A DNA stretch of 64,000 nucleotides from NCBI GenBank assembly GCA_963760795.1, contig CAVXEP010000012.1:192001-256000 (forward strand), written 5' to 3'. The number at the start of each line of letters is the position of its first letter. The stretch's first letter is position 1. Below are positions 11,025 through 21,592 of the stretch, one piece after another. The notes under the pieces were generated by a model, which had not been told where the DNA came from, ran no database searches, and saw only the letters and a list, made by a program, of their open reading frames with translations. The position numbers were made by a program, and so were the translations under genes. This DNA comes from an uncultured delta proteobacterium (GTDB lineage Bacteria; Desulfobacterota; Binatia; UBA9968).

Positions 11025-12122
11025 TTAAATATCACGGATTTTAAAAATTGAGCCCTTAGTCTTTGCATTCAGAACATTCGGCGAAGCCGCAGCCGAACGG
11101 TTGCGTGCTCTTTTGATCGGTATGCCGAGCTTTTTCATGCGGGATCGTAGCGTGTTGGGTTGAAGGGCGAGTATCGTGGCGGCACCGTTCGGACCTTCAA
11201 CTTTCCATTGGGTGTCAGACAATACGCGCAGGATATGCTCACGCTCCAACTCTTCCAAGGTTGCTGCAGTTCGGCCTTGGTCTTGGCTCTCTCTGGGTTG
11301 CTGGGAACGAGCATATGAAGCCGGAATTACCTGGGTCAAAGGATATTGCCACTCTTCGGGCAGTTGCAGCCTGCTGGCCTGCGAAACCACGGCGGCCCGT
11401 TCGATGACGTTTTGCAGCTCCCGGACGTTGCCCGGCCAGTCATAGCTTTCCAAGGCCATGATCACGCCCGGCGGCATGCGATCAAATCGCTTTCCCAGTT
11501 TGACCGTGGACTCACGCAAAAAAGCCGTTGCCAGATCGACAATGTCAGTTTTGCGATCTCGCAAGGGCGGCATCGAAATCGGATAAACGTTTAATCTATA
11601 ATACAGATCGGCGCGGAACGAGCCGATCTGAATCGCCTCCAATAAGTTACGATTAGTTGCCGCAATCACACGTGCGTTTACCTTGATGGTTTTTCCACTG
11701 CCCAGCCGTTCGAACTCTCCCTCTTGCAAAACACGCAAGAGCTTGGCCTGAAGGTTTAGCGGCAGGTCGCCAATCTCATCTAAAAAGATCGTTCCACCGT
11801 CCGCTAGTTCGAATCTGCCGATCTGCTGCGCCGTTGCTCCCGTGAAGGCCCCTCTCTCATGCCCGAATAACTCGCTTTCGATCAGCTCTGCCGGCAAAGC
11901 TGAGCAGTTTACCTTGACCAGCGGGCGATCTCCTCGGGCGCTTTTCGCATGCACCGCCCGGGCAACAAGCTCCTTCCCTGTGCCGGTCTCGCCGAGAATC
12001 AACACGGCTACATCGGTCGGCGCCACCTGGTCGATTAAATGAAGCACTTTCTGAATATTTTCACTTTGGCCTATAAGCTCGCCATGACGGTGTGTTTTCG
12101 ACACCTCAGTCCTGAGGTACAC
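11025..12122 (-). CDS. AAA+/HTH half of a second sigma54 activator (separated from its sensor half by a frameshift)
   Basis: [34 protein letters not shown]; the reading frame continues upstream as [14 protein letters not shown]. Confidence 0.88.
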   Translation of the reverse strand: MYLRTEVSKTHRHGELIGQSENIQKVLHLIDQVAPTDVAVLILGETGTGKELVARAVHAKSARGDRPLVKVNCSALPAELIESELFGHERGAFTGATAQQIGRFELADGGTIFLDEIGDLPLNLQAKLLRVLQEGEFERLGSGKTIKVNARVIAATNRNLLEAIQIGSFRADLYYRLNVYPISMPPLRDRKTDIVDLATAFLRESTVKLGKRFDRMPPGVIMALESYDWPGNVRELQNVIERAAVVSQASRLQLPEEWQYPLTQVIPASYARSQQPRESQDQGRTAATLEELEREHILRVLSDTQWKVEGPNGAATILALQPNTLRSRMKKLGIPIKRARNRSAAASPNVLNAKTKGSIFKIRDI

Positions 12123-15100
12123 GTTTTCCGCCTCGACCCGTTCCCTGAGGGTCTGCAGCTCCTGCCAAAGTGAACTGGAGCGCTTCTTCAGACTGCTTGT
12201 GCTCGGAAATATCCGTAGACATTCCTACGATGCGACTCGGGCGCCCGCCGCTGTCCGGCAGCACCTGCCCCCGGCTCGCAATCCAACGGAATGTGCCGTC
12301 AGAACGCACAATGCGGAACTCGGCATCGTAAGTTGAGAGCTTCTCGATGGCCTGGGTCACCCGCTTCTTTAGCCCTTCGACGTCATCCGGATGAACCAGC
12401 TTATAAAAGCCTTCACGGTGTTGGGGTATTGCCTCGATTATGCGATTAAAACTTTCCGATCGATATACCGTGCCGCTGCTCAGCTCTACTTCCCAGCAAC
12501 CTATGCGAGCGGCATCCATCGCGAGCTTAAGCCTGAGCTCATTCTCCCGCAACGCTTCCTCCGCTCGCTTACGCTCGCTGATGTCTTTGATGTAGCTCAG
12601 GCAGTGGACCGGTGTGCCGTTGCCGTCGGCGACAATTGAAACGTTGATATCAACCCACACGATGCTGCCGTCTTTGCGAATGTAGCGCTTCTCCAAATCG
12701 CACGACTTTATTTCACGGCTCATTAGGCGCGCCCGTTGACGCATGTTCTTCTCAATATCTTCCGGATGCGTGACATCCCGAAAGGAGTGTCCGAGTAACT
12801 CTGCTTCTGTATAACCGAGCAGTTGACACAAGGATGGCGGCACTTGAAGCCAGCGGCCATCTAGATCCGAATGTGTCATCATGACCAACGAAAACGTCCG
12901 GGTTTGCGCCAGCTGTTCTTCACTCTCGCGCAAGGCTTGTTCCGCCTTGGTGCGGTTAATGAATTGTCCGATCTGGCTGCCGACATTGGCCATCATCTCC
13001 AGCAATTCTCGATCAGGTTCGCGCACCTCATGGCCAAAAAATACCAGGACTCCCAGCACTTCGTCGCCGAGAAGAATCGGCAAGCCGAAGGCGCAGCGCA
13101 GACCGGTTTTTAATGCAAGCGTTCGCGGCAAGTCATCGTTTTCGAGGTCGCGTATCCAGAGCGGCCGGCGGCTCGTCCAAACACGGCCCGGAAGTCCCTC
13201 GCCTAGTGAAAACGTCCATCGGCAACTCGCGGAGGCGAACTCTTTGAGTTCGAGCGCGGGAAACTGCCAGCCGCTTACGTATACCATGACATCCGGTTCA
13301 CGCTGCACCTGCCAGAACTCGCCCACTTTCCAATCCAGACACTCACACACGGCTTGCAAAATTCTCGGACAGGCCTCGGCAATGGAGGATGACTCAGAAA
13401 GTATTCGGGTTACGGCATTCTGACCACGCAGATGCGCCTCAGTCCGCTTGCGCTCTGTAATATCGAGCGCGGATCCGATGTAGCCCAGGAACGTTCCGTC
13501 GCCGGCAAATCGCGGCGCCCCCTGGTCGAAAATCCAGCGGTACTCGCCGTCGTGTCGCCGCAATCGGTACTCCATCGAAAATTTTTCACGCTTGTCAAAA
13601 CAATCGACATAAATGGCCAAACAACCAGCGCAATCTTCCCGATGAACGCCTTCGGACCATCCATTACCCAGCTCTTGCTCGAGGGTTCGTCCGGTGAAAT
13701 CGAGCCAACCCTTGCTAAAAAATGTGCATAGCTTGTCCGTGCCGGATACCCAGATCATGATGGGAGCCGTGTCGGCGATATTGCGAAACCGATTTTCCGT
13801 CTCGTCCAAAAGCTGCACCCTATCCCTGCGCTCTTCGATAAGAGACGCCAGGAGCAACAGCGGAAGATAGACAACGATTAAGAAAATCTTCAGCCAAAAA
13901 ACATTATCTGCCGGCGATTGGGTGACAAACGGACCATAGCCGCCGAGCGCACTCAATATCGCCATGAACGCAAACACTAGAAATGAAAGCGACAGGCCAG
14001 CCGGACCCAAGCGAACCGCCGCCCACAGCAAAAATGGCAGAGGAACATAGAGCAGCGCGGGAAAATTATCCAAGGCGCTCGACTTTAGACCAAATACTCC
14101 CACACCGCTCCCGACCAGCGCCGCGAGTATGACGATCATCTCAATAGATTGTTTGACGGAAGCTCTCTTGATGATTTCCGCTCCGCGGGTCGAAGCGAAA
14201 ACGATCCCAGGAGTCAAGATCATGAACGGAAGCAAATTGGCAATGAATGTGTGACGCCATTCCAACCAAATATTGCCGCTGCCCCGCCCGAGAGAGATAA
14301 GCATGAATGGCCAAACCCAAGCCATCAAACCCGTGGCGACGGTGACCAGGACGATGAAAATCGTAGTATGGCGCAGATTTCCGAAATCCAAGGTCTTGGT
14401 GTCAAATCGGCGCGCGGCTAAGGCGGTCGTCAATACCAGAGCGCAATCGTAAACATAATATAAGCCAAGCTCGAACTCGGAAGCGCCGAGCTGTCCCTGG
14501 GCAGCAACGCGCGCGAGTGAACCTACCAGTAAGAACAGCAACCAGTAGCGCGGCGGATAAAGCAGCAGCACAGCCAAGAGAATGGCATTGGCGGGCCAGA
14601 AGACAGAGAAATGCGAGGACGGAAACAGGAGTTCCAACCCGATCAATGCGCCAAGATAGTAACCCGCGCACAATGCCATAGCCGCTATTCCGAGACCTAG
14701 ACGGGAGAATAGCCGTTCGTCCTTGACGGCGGGGTTCAATGACTTGGCCCCAACGACGACGTCCGTTTTGTGCTTCTGCGCTTCGAAAAATGCAGATAAA
14801 AACATCACAGGCAGGAAGGTCGCGATGAGAAACAGTTGAAGTGATAGGACGTTCCTTGCGGGAGATTGGCTGATGAACGGACCGTTACCCTGAAATGCAC
14901 CCCAAATGGATACTATCACAACGATCAAATACGCTGTGATTGCTCCAACTTGACCAAATCTCGCTGCCGCCCAAAGGAGAAACGCGACCAGCAGATAAAG
15001 AAACGCCGTCATCGCTCCCGGGCCGACCGTCTCCCAATAGAATACCGTCAAACTAGTCGTCAACAAACCTAATCCCAGTAGAGAAGCCTCGGCACAGCGC

Positions 15101-15702
15101 CACCATGACAACTTGCGTCGCAAGTCAATGCCGTTATCGAGCCACAAAATAATCAGAGGTGGAATCGTCAGGGCGGCCAGAACGTTCGACGGAAAGCGCG
15201 TACGCCAGGTTTGCCAATAGCTATTTCCTTTCCAGCCAACCAGCGAAACAAATGACGCATCGATAAAAGTGCCGAGAAGAGTAGCGAGAATCGTTACACC
15301 CACGTAGATAGCGAGGTACTTTAAGCTGGCAAAATCGGCGCGACGTTTGACGAAACCGCGCACACACACGGCTCCGATCAAAGCTTCCGCCGAGTTGCTG
15401 ACGAACCACAAGAGACTCATCAATATCGGCACACCGCTATGCAACTGGACGATTAAATGAATCGGGAGGACGCCGAGCAATATGACCCACCACCCGTGCG
15501 TCGGCACAAGCAGCAATCCGGTAAGGAGAATCGCGTTCGGCGGCCAGAGAACGGAGACTGCGCTTTGGGGAAACGTAAGGGCGAACCCTATCAGCGAGCC
15601 GATGTAGTAAGCCCCAGCAACGATCAGAGCGACGCTGACCAGGCGGATCGAAGAATCGCCATTACCGCTCGATTCGCCCGGCGTGAAAAACGGTTCATGC
15701 AT
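12106..15702 (-). CDS. MASE1-MASE1-PAS-GAF-PAS-PAS sensor half of the second sigma54 activator
   Basis: Two multi-TM blocks with WPPNA/WPANA MASE1 motifs, PAS/PAC motifs ([21 protein letters not shown]) and a GAF (GEGLPGRVW); ends out of frame at 12161. Confidence 0.88.
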   Translation of the reverse strand: MHEPFFTPGESSGNGDSSIRLVSVALIVAGAYYIGSLIGFALTFPQSAVSVLWPPNAILLTGLLLVPTHGWWVILLGVLPIHLIVQLHSGVPILMSLLWFVSNSAEALIGAVCVRGFVKRRADFASLKYLAIYVGVTILATLLGTFIDASFVSLVGWKGNSYWQTWRTRFPSNVLAALTIPPLIILWLDNGIDLRRKLSWWRCAEASLLGLGLLTTSLTVFYWETVGPGAMTAFLYLLVAFLLWAAARFGQVGAITAYLIVVIVSIWGAFQGNGPFISQSPARNVLSLQLFLIATFLPVMFLSAFFEAQKHKTDVVVGAKSLNPAVKDERLFSRLGLGIAAMALCAGYYLGALIGLELLFPSSHFSVFWPANAILLAVLLLYPPRYWLLFLLVGSLARVAAQGQLGASEFELGLYYVYDCALVLTTALAARRFDTKTLDFGNLRHTTIFIVLVTVATGLMAWVWPFMLISLGRGSGNIWLEWRHTFIANLLPFMILTPGIVFASTRGAEIIKRASVKQSIEMIVILAALVGSGVGVFGLKSSALDNFPALLYVPLPFLLWAAVRLGPAGLSLSFLVFAFMAILSALGGYGPFVTQSPADNVFWLKIFLIVVYLPLLLLASLIEERRDRVQLLDETENRFRNIADTAPIMIWVSGTDKLCTFFSKGWLDFTGRTLEQELGNGWSEGVHREDCAGCLAIYVDCFDKREKFSMEYRLRRHDGEYRWIFDQGAPRFAGDGTFLGYIGSALDITERKRTEAHLRGQNAVTRILSESSSIAEACPRILQAVCECLDWKVGEFWQVQREPDVMVYVSGWQFPALELKEFASASCRWTFSLGEGLPGRVWTSRRPLWIRDLENDDLPRTLALKTGLRCAFGLPILLGDEVLGVLVFFGHEVREPDRELLEMMANVGSQIGQFINRTKAEQALRESEEQLAQTRTFSLVMMTHSDLDGRWLQVPPSLCQLLGYTEAELLGHSFRDVTHPEDIEKNMRQRARLMSREIKSCDLEKRYIRKDGSIVWVDINVSIVADGNGTPVHCLSYIKDISERKRAEEALRENELRLKLAMDAARIGCWEVELSSGTVYRSESFNRIIEAIPQHREGFYKLVHPDDVEGLKKRVTQAIEKLSTYDAEFRIVRSDGTFRWIASRGQVLPDSGGRPSRIVGMSTDISEHKQSEEALQFTLAGAADPQGTGRGGKRVPQD

Positions 15703-16095
15703 CCTTGTGGCCCTTCGTCGAACCGGGCCTGCCCTCCGGTTCGAAAGCGATCCGTCGAAGAGAGACTTCTTCGCGCTACGATAGAATTTACTTTGCTCTT
15801 AATACACTACAAGTTACTGTACAACAACAACAAATAGTGCCAACGAATCATCTACTCGCCAAACGGAAAACGCAAAATCGCCATCCTCACTCTTATTCAC
15901 GAGGGGAGTATGGCGGTTGGCCTTACGGTTTCGACAATCGATTGTTGGGCAACTCTGGGAATAGCCGCCGTGATTCGCAGATCAGGGACAGAGTCGGTCA
16001 AGATTGCATCGGCGAGAAATGGACGGAGCGAAAAAACTGCATCATAAGAAACTGCCTGAATGGCTATGCAAAATCGCGGCTGCGGTATAAGACCG

Positions 16096-16485
16096 CTAAT
16101 CAGTACCTGACAGCCAGCCGATAGCGTCTCTCGTGTCGTAAAAAAAGGCAAATCTGAGGTTTCGTTTAATCAGACTTTCAGCCAGCATAACCAGCTGCTG
16201 ATAGGGCCCTGTCGCTGGGGAGAAAACCAACGCGACTCTGTTGTTATGAGGCCAAGCCTGGGGATCAATTGTCTCTACGAACTTAGTGACCTCTGACGGC
16301 AGAGATCTAAAGGTAGAGTCTTGTAGATCGATAAGGATCTTGCATTCGAGAAGCAGTTTGGCTTCTTCGACCAGCCTATCGAAAATATAGCTAAATCCTT
16401 CGATATCCACGGGACCACGCGTAATTGCAATAATATGGTGACCCCATTCGAGGTCCCGAAGCGTTTTGATCTGAACATTGATCAT
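16096..16485 (-). CDS. Hypothetical protein, SpoIIAA/STAS-like
   Basis: KILIDLQD, RVALV and terminal FYDTRDAIGWL pattern typical of SpoIIAA-like small proteins. Confidence 0.55.
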   Translation of the reverse strand: MINVQIKTLRDLEWGHHIIAITRGPVDIEGFSYIFDRLVEEAKLLLECKILIDLQDSTFRSLPSEVTKFVETIDPQAWPHNNRVALVFSPATGPYQQLVMLAESLIKRNLRFAFFYDTRDAIGWLSGTD

Positions 16486-16655
16486 AATATCGTCTTTCAC
16501 CATTAACCCAAGTTTTGGCGCCAGTAGCCGTCGGTTCTCAGGCGAAGACGCGTTGAGGCAAAGCGACAAAGACCACCCACCGATCCACCGCAATCAAGCA
16601 TCCCGCGGCGGCGACGAAACTTACGCGCGCCAAATCTTTGAGATCGGCTTCATGA

Positions 16656-16889
16656 TTAGTGCCGCGTGTGAGCGTGCCCGCGTTTGGGACGAACCGGCGG
16701 TCCAACTAACGGCTGACTCTTCAGCCACTCAATTAGCTCGGATTCCAGTGCTCCCGGTGTGGCGAACGGACTCACTCGTCGAAGCGGTAAACCATGGTTT
16801 TTCGCCAATCGTTTTATTGAATCCTCACTCAGTCCAAATAGCTTTGCGATCTCGGGCAGCTGCAACCATTGATGTGTACAACTCATCAT
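16656..16889 (-). CDS. Small winged-HTH (excisionase/AlpA-like) DNA-binding protein
   Basis: WLQLPEIAKLFGLSEDSIKRLAKNHGLP...ESELIEWL matches the HTH_17/Xis pattern. Confidence 0.65.
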   Translation of the reverse strand: MMSCTHQWLQLPEIAKLFGLSEDSIKRLAKNHGLPLRRVSPFATPGALESELIEWLKSQPLVGPPVRPKRGHAHTRH

Positions 16890-17305
16890 TCCGTGTGTTT
16901 AACTAACGGCGAGTATACGCCGGGTTTTTTCCTTCCTTTGGATGTGACCCGGATTGGTCCCGAAGTGGACGTGACAGGGTACGGGCGTGGCCCCGGATAT
17001 TTTGCTTTGCAAGACACAGAAACGCCGGTCCAACCGGCAAGATTTTCACATATAAGGCGTTCCACCATTGGTGTCTTGACAATTAGCGACAACGAGTTGA
17101 CAGCTTTGCCATACTGAGAGTAGTAAGTCGCAATGCAGATCGACCTGTCGACTAAGCATAGACAGCCAGCAAATCGATAATGGACAATCAAGAGACGTCG
17201 CCCAATTTCGTGCCAAGCACAGTGTTTGCGATAGAAAGATTACGGCAGCTACGGGTATCTGTTTTGACACCTGGCGACATCGGATGACGATTTGGGTGAC
17301 AGGCA

Positions 17306-18346
17306 ATGGGCGCTGAAGAACCGAACAGAGTCAGAAGATTGACTCCGATGATCTCGATTGCGGCTACCACGGGCTTGCTTGAGACTATAGGAGCGGCAGG
17401 TGTTGATCCGGATCACCTATTGCGCTCGGTCGGGCTAGATTCAGCGATTTTTCGCCACGCCGATGGCTTTATCCAGAGTTCGCAATTTGCTCGACTTCTG
17501 GAGGAATGCGCTTACGCGACGGCCGATGACTGCTTTGGGCTTCATCTCGGCGAGCGATTCAATCCAAAAAACATCGGACCTCTCATCTACGTCGTTCTCA
17601 ATTCACCCACCATCGCCGCTGGCCTCGAAAATGCCGCACGATACATGAAGATCCTCAATGAGGCGGCTAGAGTCTCGCTTAGGGTGGACGGCGATCACGC
17701 CTATCTTGAACACGCGCTCGCCGACATGGGAATACCTTCGACGCGGCAAAATGAGGAATACGGCATGACAGTTTCCCTCAATGCGATCCGATTGATAGCC
17801 GGTAGCGACTGGAGCCCGCAGGAGGTTCGCTTCGCGCACGGGCTGCCGAATCAAACTTCAGAACACCTACGAATCTTCCGCGCGCCGGCTGTGTTCGGAT
17901 GTGAAACGAATGCGCTGGTTACCCCGCGTGAGTTTGTTGATCGGCAGGTGCCCGCCGCGGATCAACGGCTTTATCGAATCTTAAAACGATATATCGAGCA
18001 CGTACTGTCCGAGATGCCCCGCGAAGACAGTTTCCTCGCATCAATTCGAAAAGCCATCGCCGAGGAGCTGAGAGATCGAGATCCGCAACTAGCGCGAGTG
18101 GCGGCCAGATTAGCTCTCGGCACGCGCACCTTACAAAGACGATTGGTGGAATACGGAGTCGAATTTAAGAAGATAGCCGACGACACGCGCCGCAGAGTTG
18201 CCTTGAAATATCTCACGGATCGCCAACACACGCTTACCGAAGTTGCATTTCTGCTCGGCTACTCCGATGTCAGCGCGTTCAACCGGGCTTTTCGGCGCTG
18301 GACTAACTCAACCCCCACCGCCTACCGACGCAAAAACGCCGGCTGA
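17306..18346 (+). CDS. AraC-family transcriptional regulator (Arabinose_bd_2 + HTH_18 type)
   Basis: RTLQRRL and EVAFLLGYSDVSAFNRAFRRWT C-terminal motifs; about 340 aa. Confidence 0.92.
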   Translation: MGAEEPNRVRRLTPMISIAATTGLLETIGAAGVDPDHLLRSVGLDSAIFRHADGFIQSSQFARLLEECAYATADDCFGLHLGERFNPKNIGPLIYVVLNSPTIAAGLENAARYMKILNEAARVSLRVDGDHAYLEHALADMGIPSTRQNEEYGMTVSLNAIRLIAGSDWSPQEVRFAHGLPNQTSEHLRIFRAPAVFGCETNALVTPREFVDRQVPAADQRLYRILKRYIEHVLSEMPREDSFLASIRKAIAEELRDRDPQLARVAARLALGTRTLQRRLVEYGVEFKKIADDTRRRVALKYLTDRQHTLTEVAFLLGYSDVSAFNRAFRRWTNSTPTAYRRKNAG

Positions 18347-18682
18347 GAAGCGGAGCGTTCAGCCTGTTAGCCGCACGCCAACCGCTGTGGTGAAAAAGTT
18401 TCCCGGTTCTGAGCCGGCGATCTGTATTCGAGCAGCGGCGCTCTTACAACGGCAGGGCGCGAGCCCACTTGATCCCTGACAATATCGGTGGCAAGAGACG
18501 CACGCCTGCGGTAAAAAAATCCCTCTGGAGAAGCAGTCGGATACGGGCGCGACGGTGCGAGCGATGCAGACGCGATTAAGAGAGAGAAAATTCGGCGCCA
18601 AGCAAGAACTTTATGTGAGAGCTATTGAATGATGTCCAGGTCGGGGATGAGAAAATTTAATTGCCTCACAAGCTGTTCACGC

Positions 18683-18732
18683 CAAGAACGTCTCCTTCCG
18701 AGGGCAAAACCTCTCGGAAAGGAGAGTTCTTG
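18683..18732. terminator. Long imperfect hairpin next to the att repeat
   Basis: CAAGAAC-G-TCTCCTT-CCGAG / CTCGG-AAAGGAGA-GTTCTTG; lies downstream (minus sense) of the tRNA 3' fragment. Confidence 0.45.
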
Positions 18733-18744
18733 ACACATGCATGT

Positions 18745-18761
18745 GCTGATGGGAATCGAAC
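18745..18761 (-). repeat. att site: 17-bp copy of the tRNA-Ala T-arm/acceptor region
   Basis: GCTGATGGGAATCGAAC is identical to 39233-39249 inside the tRNA gene, same orientation. Confidence 0.8.
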
Positions 18762-18841
18762 TTTCACCATAACATATTGATAAATATAGCCAGTCCTAAA
18801 CCTCCGCCTCCAGCCAGCCCACTGCGCGCCCACCCAAGCTG

Positions 18842-18864
18842 AGGGCAGCCCAAAAGGCTGCCCT
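18842..18864. terminator. GC-rich hairpin (possible terminator)
   Basis: AGGGCAGCC-CAAAA-GGCTGCCCT perfect 9-bp stem. Confidence 0.45.
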
Positions 18865-19321
18865 TGTCACATCTGAGTCCGACTTATCTACTCCTCACGC
18901 GTTTCTAAGACAACATCAAAGCCTACCGGCCGCATATCATGCAGCCACATTTAGGCTGTTTCGGCCTAGCTCTGTTTCAAGCCCTTTCCCCAGTGCTAAG
19001 CGCCGAGTCAGGTATCAAATATCCCTGGATAAGTCGAGCGACGCAAACATCGTCTTCGGAAGTGTGCTGAAAACCAACGTCGATGGCGAGATAGACGGCC
19101 TGTTTAACGCATTCTGAACCACGGAGACGGCGCCGACGAGATACTAGCCAAAGCGGTTCCCAACCAAGTAAGTCAACGAAAAGGGTGGGTAATTTTGGCT
19201 GGAGGAGCCTTCAAGGCAGTTGGCGAGGCAATCGCATTGATCATTTTTCGGGGGCATGAATTACACCGATGCTAATCGTCTCACCGTGCCGCAAGATAAA
19301 GTGGAAACAGTGCTGCGCGAG

Positions 19322-19558
19322 TTAGAGCGCATTCCGGTAAAACGCCATACCCCTCGATACTAGTTCATCTGGGGTTCGGTCTGTTTTTTCTATGCGTACC
19401 GAGAACGGATCCAAGTGGCGAATGAACGTCTGTAGATGTGCCACGACCTTATCCTTGTCCGGCATCTCATCCAATTCGTAGTAAATCACTCCAGAATGCG
19501 GCTGGCCAAGCACGGTAGGTATCGACTGTGAGATTCTCCACGACACTTCAACAATCAT
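19322..19558 (-). CDS. Hypothetical protein
   Basis: 78-aa ORF MIVEVSWRIS... with globular-like composition and GGAG upstream. Confidence 0.45.
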   Translation of the reverse strand: MIVEVSWRISQSIPTVLGQPHSGVIYYELDEMPDKDKVVAHLQTFIRHLDPFSVRIEKTDRTPDELVSRGMAFYRNAL

Positions 19559-19928
19559 GACTTGAGCATAACTCCGCAACACTGCACGATCTAGAGAAGG
19601 CCAAATTTATTAGCCTCCGACAGTCTCATCCGAGACGTGACCAAGGGCAGACGTCGAACAGCAATGCGAGGCTGTTCCCGCGGCGTGCTAGGTAGCCAGT
19701 CGGGTGGACTGGTTCCCCGCTGATCCTCCAGAATATGGACTGGATTTTATCCTCAAGTTTTCGAAGAGTTTCTCAACGCGAGTCAGACTAGACCAAATGG
19801 TTTTCCGTGGGGATTTCGTCGCCAACCCTGCCCGGCGATAAAGCTTTGCGGATTCTCCGGGCGCACCTGTCCCTCGCTTCACTGCTATTCTAGGAGCCTG
19901 GGTCCACATTCACTGTCATGCTTGCCCG

Positions 19929-19943
19929 TGGCACACGTGCTGC
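19929..19943 (+). promoter_or_regulatory. sigma54 promoter upstream of the DUF4124 gene
   Basis: TGGCACACGTGCTGC, GG-N10-GC, 32 nt before the start codon. Confidence 0.6.
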
Positions 19944-19975
19944 ACTTGCTAACGCCGTAATAACGGAGTTTTCCT

Positions 19976-20242
19976 GTGAAAGTCATCACGATTGCAGCAC
20001 TGATATTTGCGTCTTTGTTATTCCTAACGACACAGGGCCAAGCCGAAGAGCATTACATCTACAAAGATCCGCAGGGCGGGCTGGTGATCTCAAACCAAAA
20101 GCCGCCGGCCGGAAGCACCATTCTACGCAAACTTGATCTACCGGAATTCCGCGAACCTCAAATACAACAGGTTCAAGAGAGCAGCAACACGCGCCCAACA
20201 GGCAACTTGGAAAGCTCACCCAAACAGGAACAAAAGAAATAA
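19976..20242 (+). CDS. DUF4124-domain secreted protein
   Basis: Signal peptide then YIYKDPQGGLVISNQKPP, the DUF4124 pattern; GGAG RBS. Confidence 0.75.
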   Translation: MKVITIAALIFASLLFLTTQGQAEEHYIYKDPQGGLVISNQKPPAGSTILRKLDLPEFREPQIQQVQESSNTRPTGNLESSPKQEQKK

Positions 20243-20288
20243 CCTCGTGGCTCGCCGTGAGGTCGATTCGTTCACTGAAGGAGCTTGA

Positions 20289-20435
20289 ATGAATCTTTTC
20301 TATGCCTTGGTGATCATTGGTGCCGCGATTGTTTTCGCCGGAAACAGCGCGGAAGGACATCCAAGGGAAGTTTACTATGCAATCGCGGCTGGCTTGTGGA
20401 TTCTGACATTCGTGCTTGCACAAACGCTGCTTTGA
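20289..20435 (+). CDS. 48-aa two-helix small membrane protein (not in ORF track)
   Basis: MNLFYALVIIGAAIVFAGNSAEGHPREVYYAIAAGLWILTFVLAQTLL; GAAGGAG RBS. Confidence 0.55.
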   Translation: MNLFYALVIIGAAIVFAGNSAEGHPREVYYAIAAGLWILTFVLAQTLL

Positions 20436-20528
20436 AGAACGCCAAGGGCTCGAAATCGAGGTTAGATTTATTAGGCAATCAATCTGAAGTTCATCGAAAG
20501 CGCCGACGATAGTGGCAGGAATTGATCC

Positions 20529-20705
20529 ATGCGCCGGCTCGTAGAAATCATCGGCGTGGTGTTCGTGGCACTGGGGATTATCTGTGTCCTTGGTGGTGCC
20601 ATGGTACCGACAGTTAAACCCAGCGCCGCTAACTTGTTGTGGACCGGCATCGTCATGATCTTGGTCGGCTGGCTGATCTGTTACCTCGCCCGCAGCAAGA
20701 CCTGA
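20529..20705 (+). CDS. 58-aa two-helix small membrane protein (not in ORF track)
   Basis: MRRLVEIIGVVFVALGIICVLGGAMVPTVKPSAANLLWTGIVMILVGWLICYLARSKT; AGGA RBS. Confidence 0.6.
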   Translation: MRRLVEIIGVVFVALGIICVLGGAMVPTVKPSAANLLWTGIVMILVGWLICYLARSKT

Positions 20706-20901
20706 TAGTGCGGCGAGTTGGGGAAGTTCAAAGACTCGAAGCAAAACTCCCTACATAAACAAATTCTTCCCGACGCAAGAGAGAGCTGAACCTGAAAGCC
20801 CAACAGTCGCAAAAAAATGGATCGACGACGGCAAGCCCGGCATCTTCTAATCCACTGCCGCGCCGAGATCCGGCGCCCGTTCTGGCGTCAATGCTCCCAG
20901 C

Positions 20902-20931
20902 TTGCCTTATCTATGGGACGTGCGGTAGAAG
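20902..20931 (+). repeat. Promoter-like repeat, copy 1
   Basis: TTGCCTTATCTATGGGACGTGCGGTAGAAG, 27/30 identical to 22285-22314. Confidence 0.65.
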
Positions 20932-21210
20932 GCGGCGCATGTCATGCGGCGTCCGGTTTCTATTCAAAGATCAAAACATAGAAAATGTAAAGAATAGGCA
21001 GAACCATGCCAGAGATAAAAACGATAATTTGCCAAGACTTCACAACGAAAATGGTAACAGACGCCCGCGCCGGTGGTCGAGGCCAAAAAGCTTGATTAGG
21101 CCGTATCCAACTTTGGGCATGGTCGCACAAGCAGAGATCTGAACAAATTTCATGAATGCTCTCTCCTATAAATTTAGTGGCTGAGAATACCGCGGAGAAT
21201 CTCAATATTC

Positions 21211-21252
21211 TGTCTCATTTATGACAATCCCGCGCCTGTCTCATACCTGACA
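21211..21252. promoter_or_regulatory. Tandem TGT-N10-ACA sites (possible enhancer/UAS)
   Basis: TGTCTCATTTATGACA (21211) and TGTCTCATACCTGACA (21237). Confidence 0.5.
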
Positions 21253-21321
21253 ACGCCCAATCCCAAAATCAGTTGATCTTCAGTACCTTAGAATGATTAA
21301 AATTGATTTCTCGCGGACAAT

Positions 21322-21564
21322 TTGATGATTGACCGGCGCGAAGAGATAACCCGTGTTTTGGTACAACTAATGGGTCTCGCCAATGATTGGCATGTAGAAC
21401 GTCCTGCCGATGTTCGCGACGTGGTGATCATTCAGAGCAGCCGAGGGCCTAAAGTTTCAGTTCCGGTTTCGTTTCCAGACGTAAAGGTGACAATCGAGAC
21501 GATGAGACAAAGACATACCGAATCCGAACCGAAATTGCGAAAGCCATTGTGTTGGCTCATGTAA
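21322..21564 (+). CDS. Hypothetical protein
   Basis: 80-aa ORF, no recognised family. Confidence 0.35.
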   Translation: MMIDRREEITRVLVQLMGLANDWHVERPADVRDVVIIQSSRGPKVSVPVSFPDVKVTIETMRQRHTESEPKLRKPLCWLM

Positions 21565-21592
21565 TACGACGAAATAAACCGCGCTTATCACC

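Noticed and set aside
12150-12175. Programmed ribosomal frameshift joining the sensor and AAA+ halves
   Set aside because: No slippery heptamer or homopolymer; a single-base insertion is simpler
15826-15843. TGGCACTATTTGTTG as a sigma54 promoter for the MASE1 gene
   Set aside because: No GC at the required N10 spacing
17198-17214. TGGCACGAAATTGGGC as a sigma54 promoter
   Set aside because: The -12 element is off-register
18700-18740. GGGCAAAACC...GAAAG resemblance to a c-di-GMP-I riboswitch
   Set aside because: The GACGCAAAG junction and second stem are missing; a simple long hairpin explains the sequence
18801-18815. CCGCCTCCA resembling a tmRNA/tRNA 3' end as a second att site
   Set aside because: Only 9 nt, no T-loop and no partner in the window
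19986-20744. 252-aa minus-strand ORF
   Set aside because: Antisense to three plus-strand genes that have RBSs; no recognisable domain
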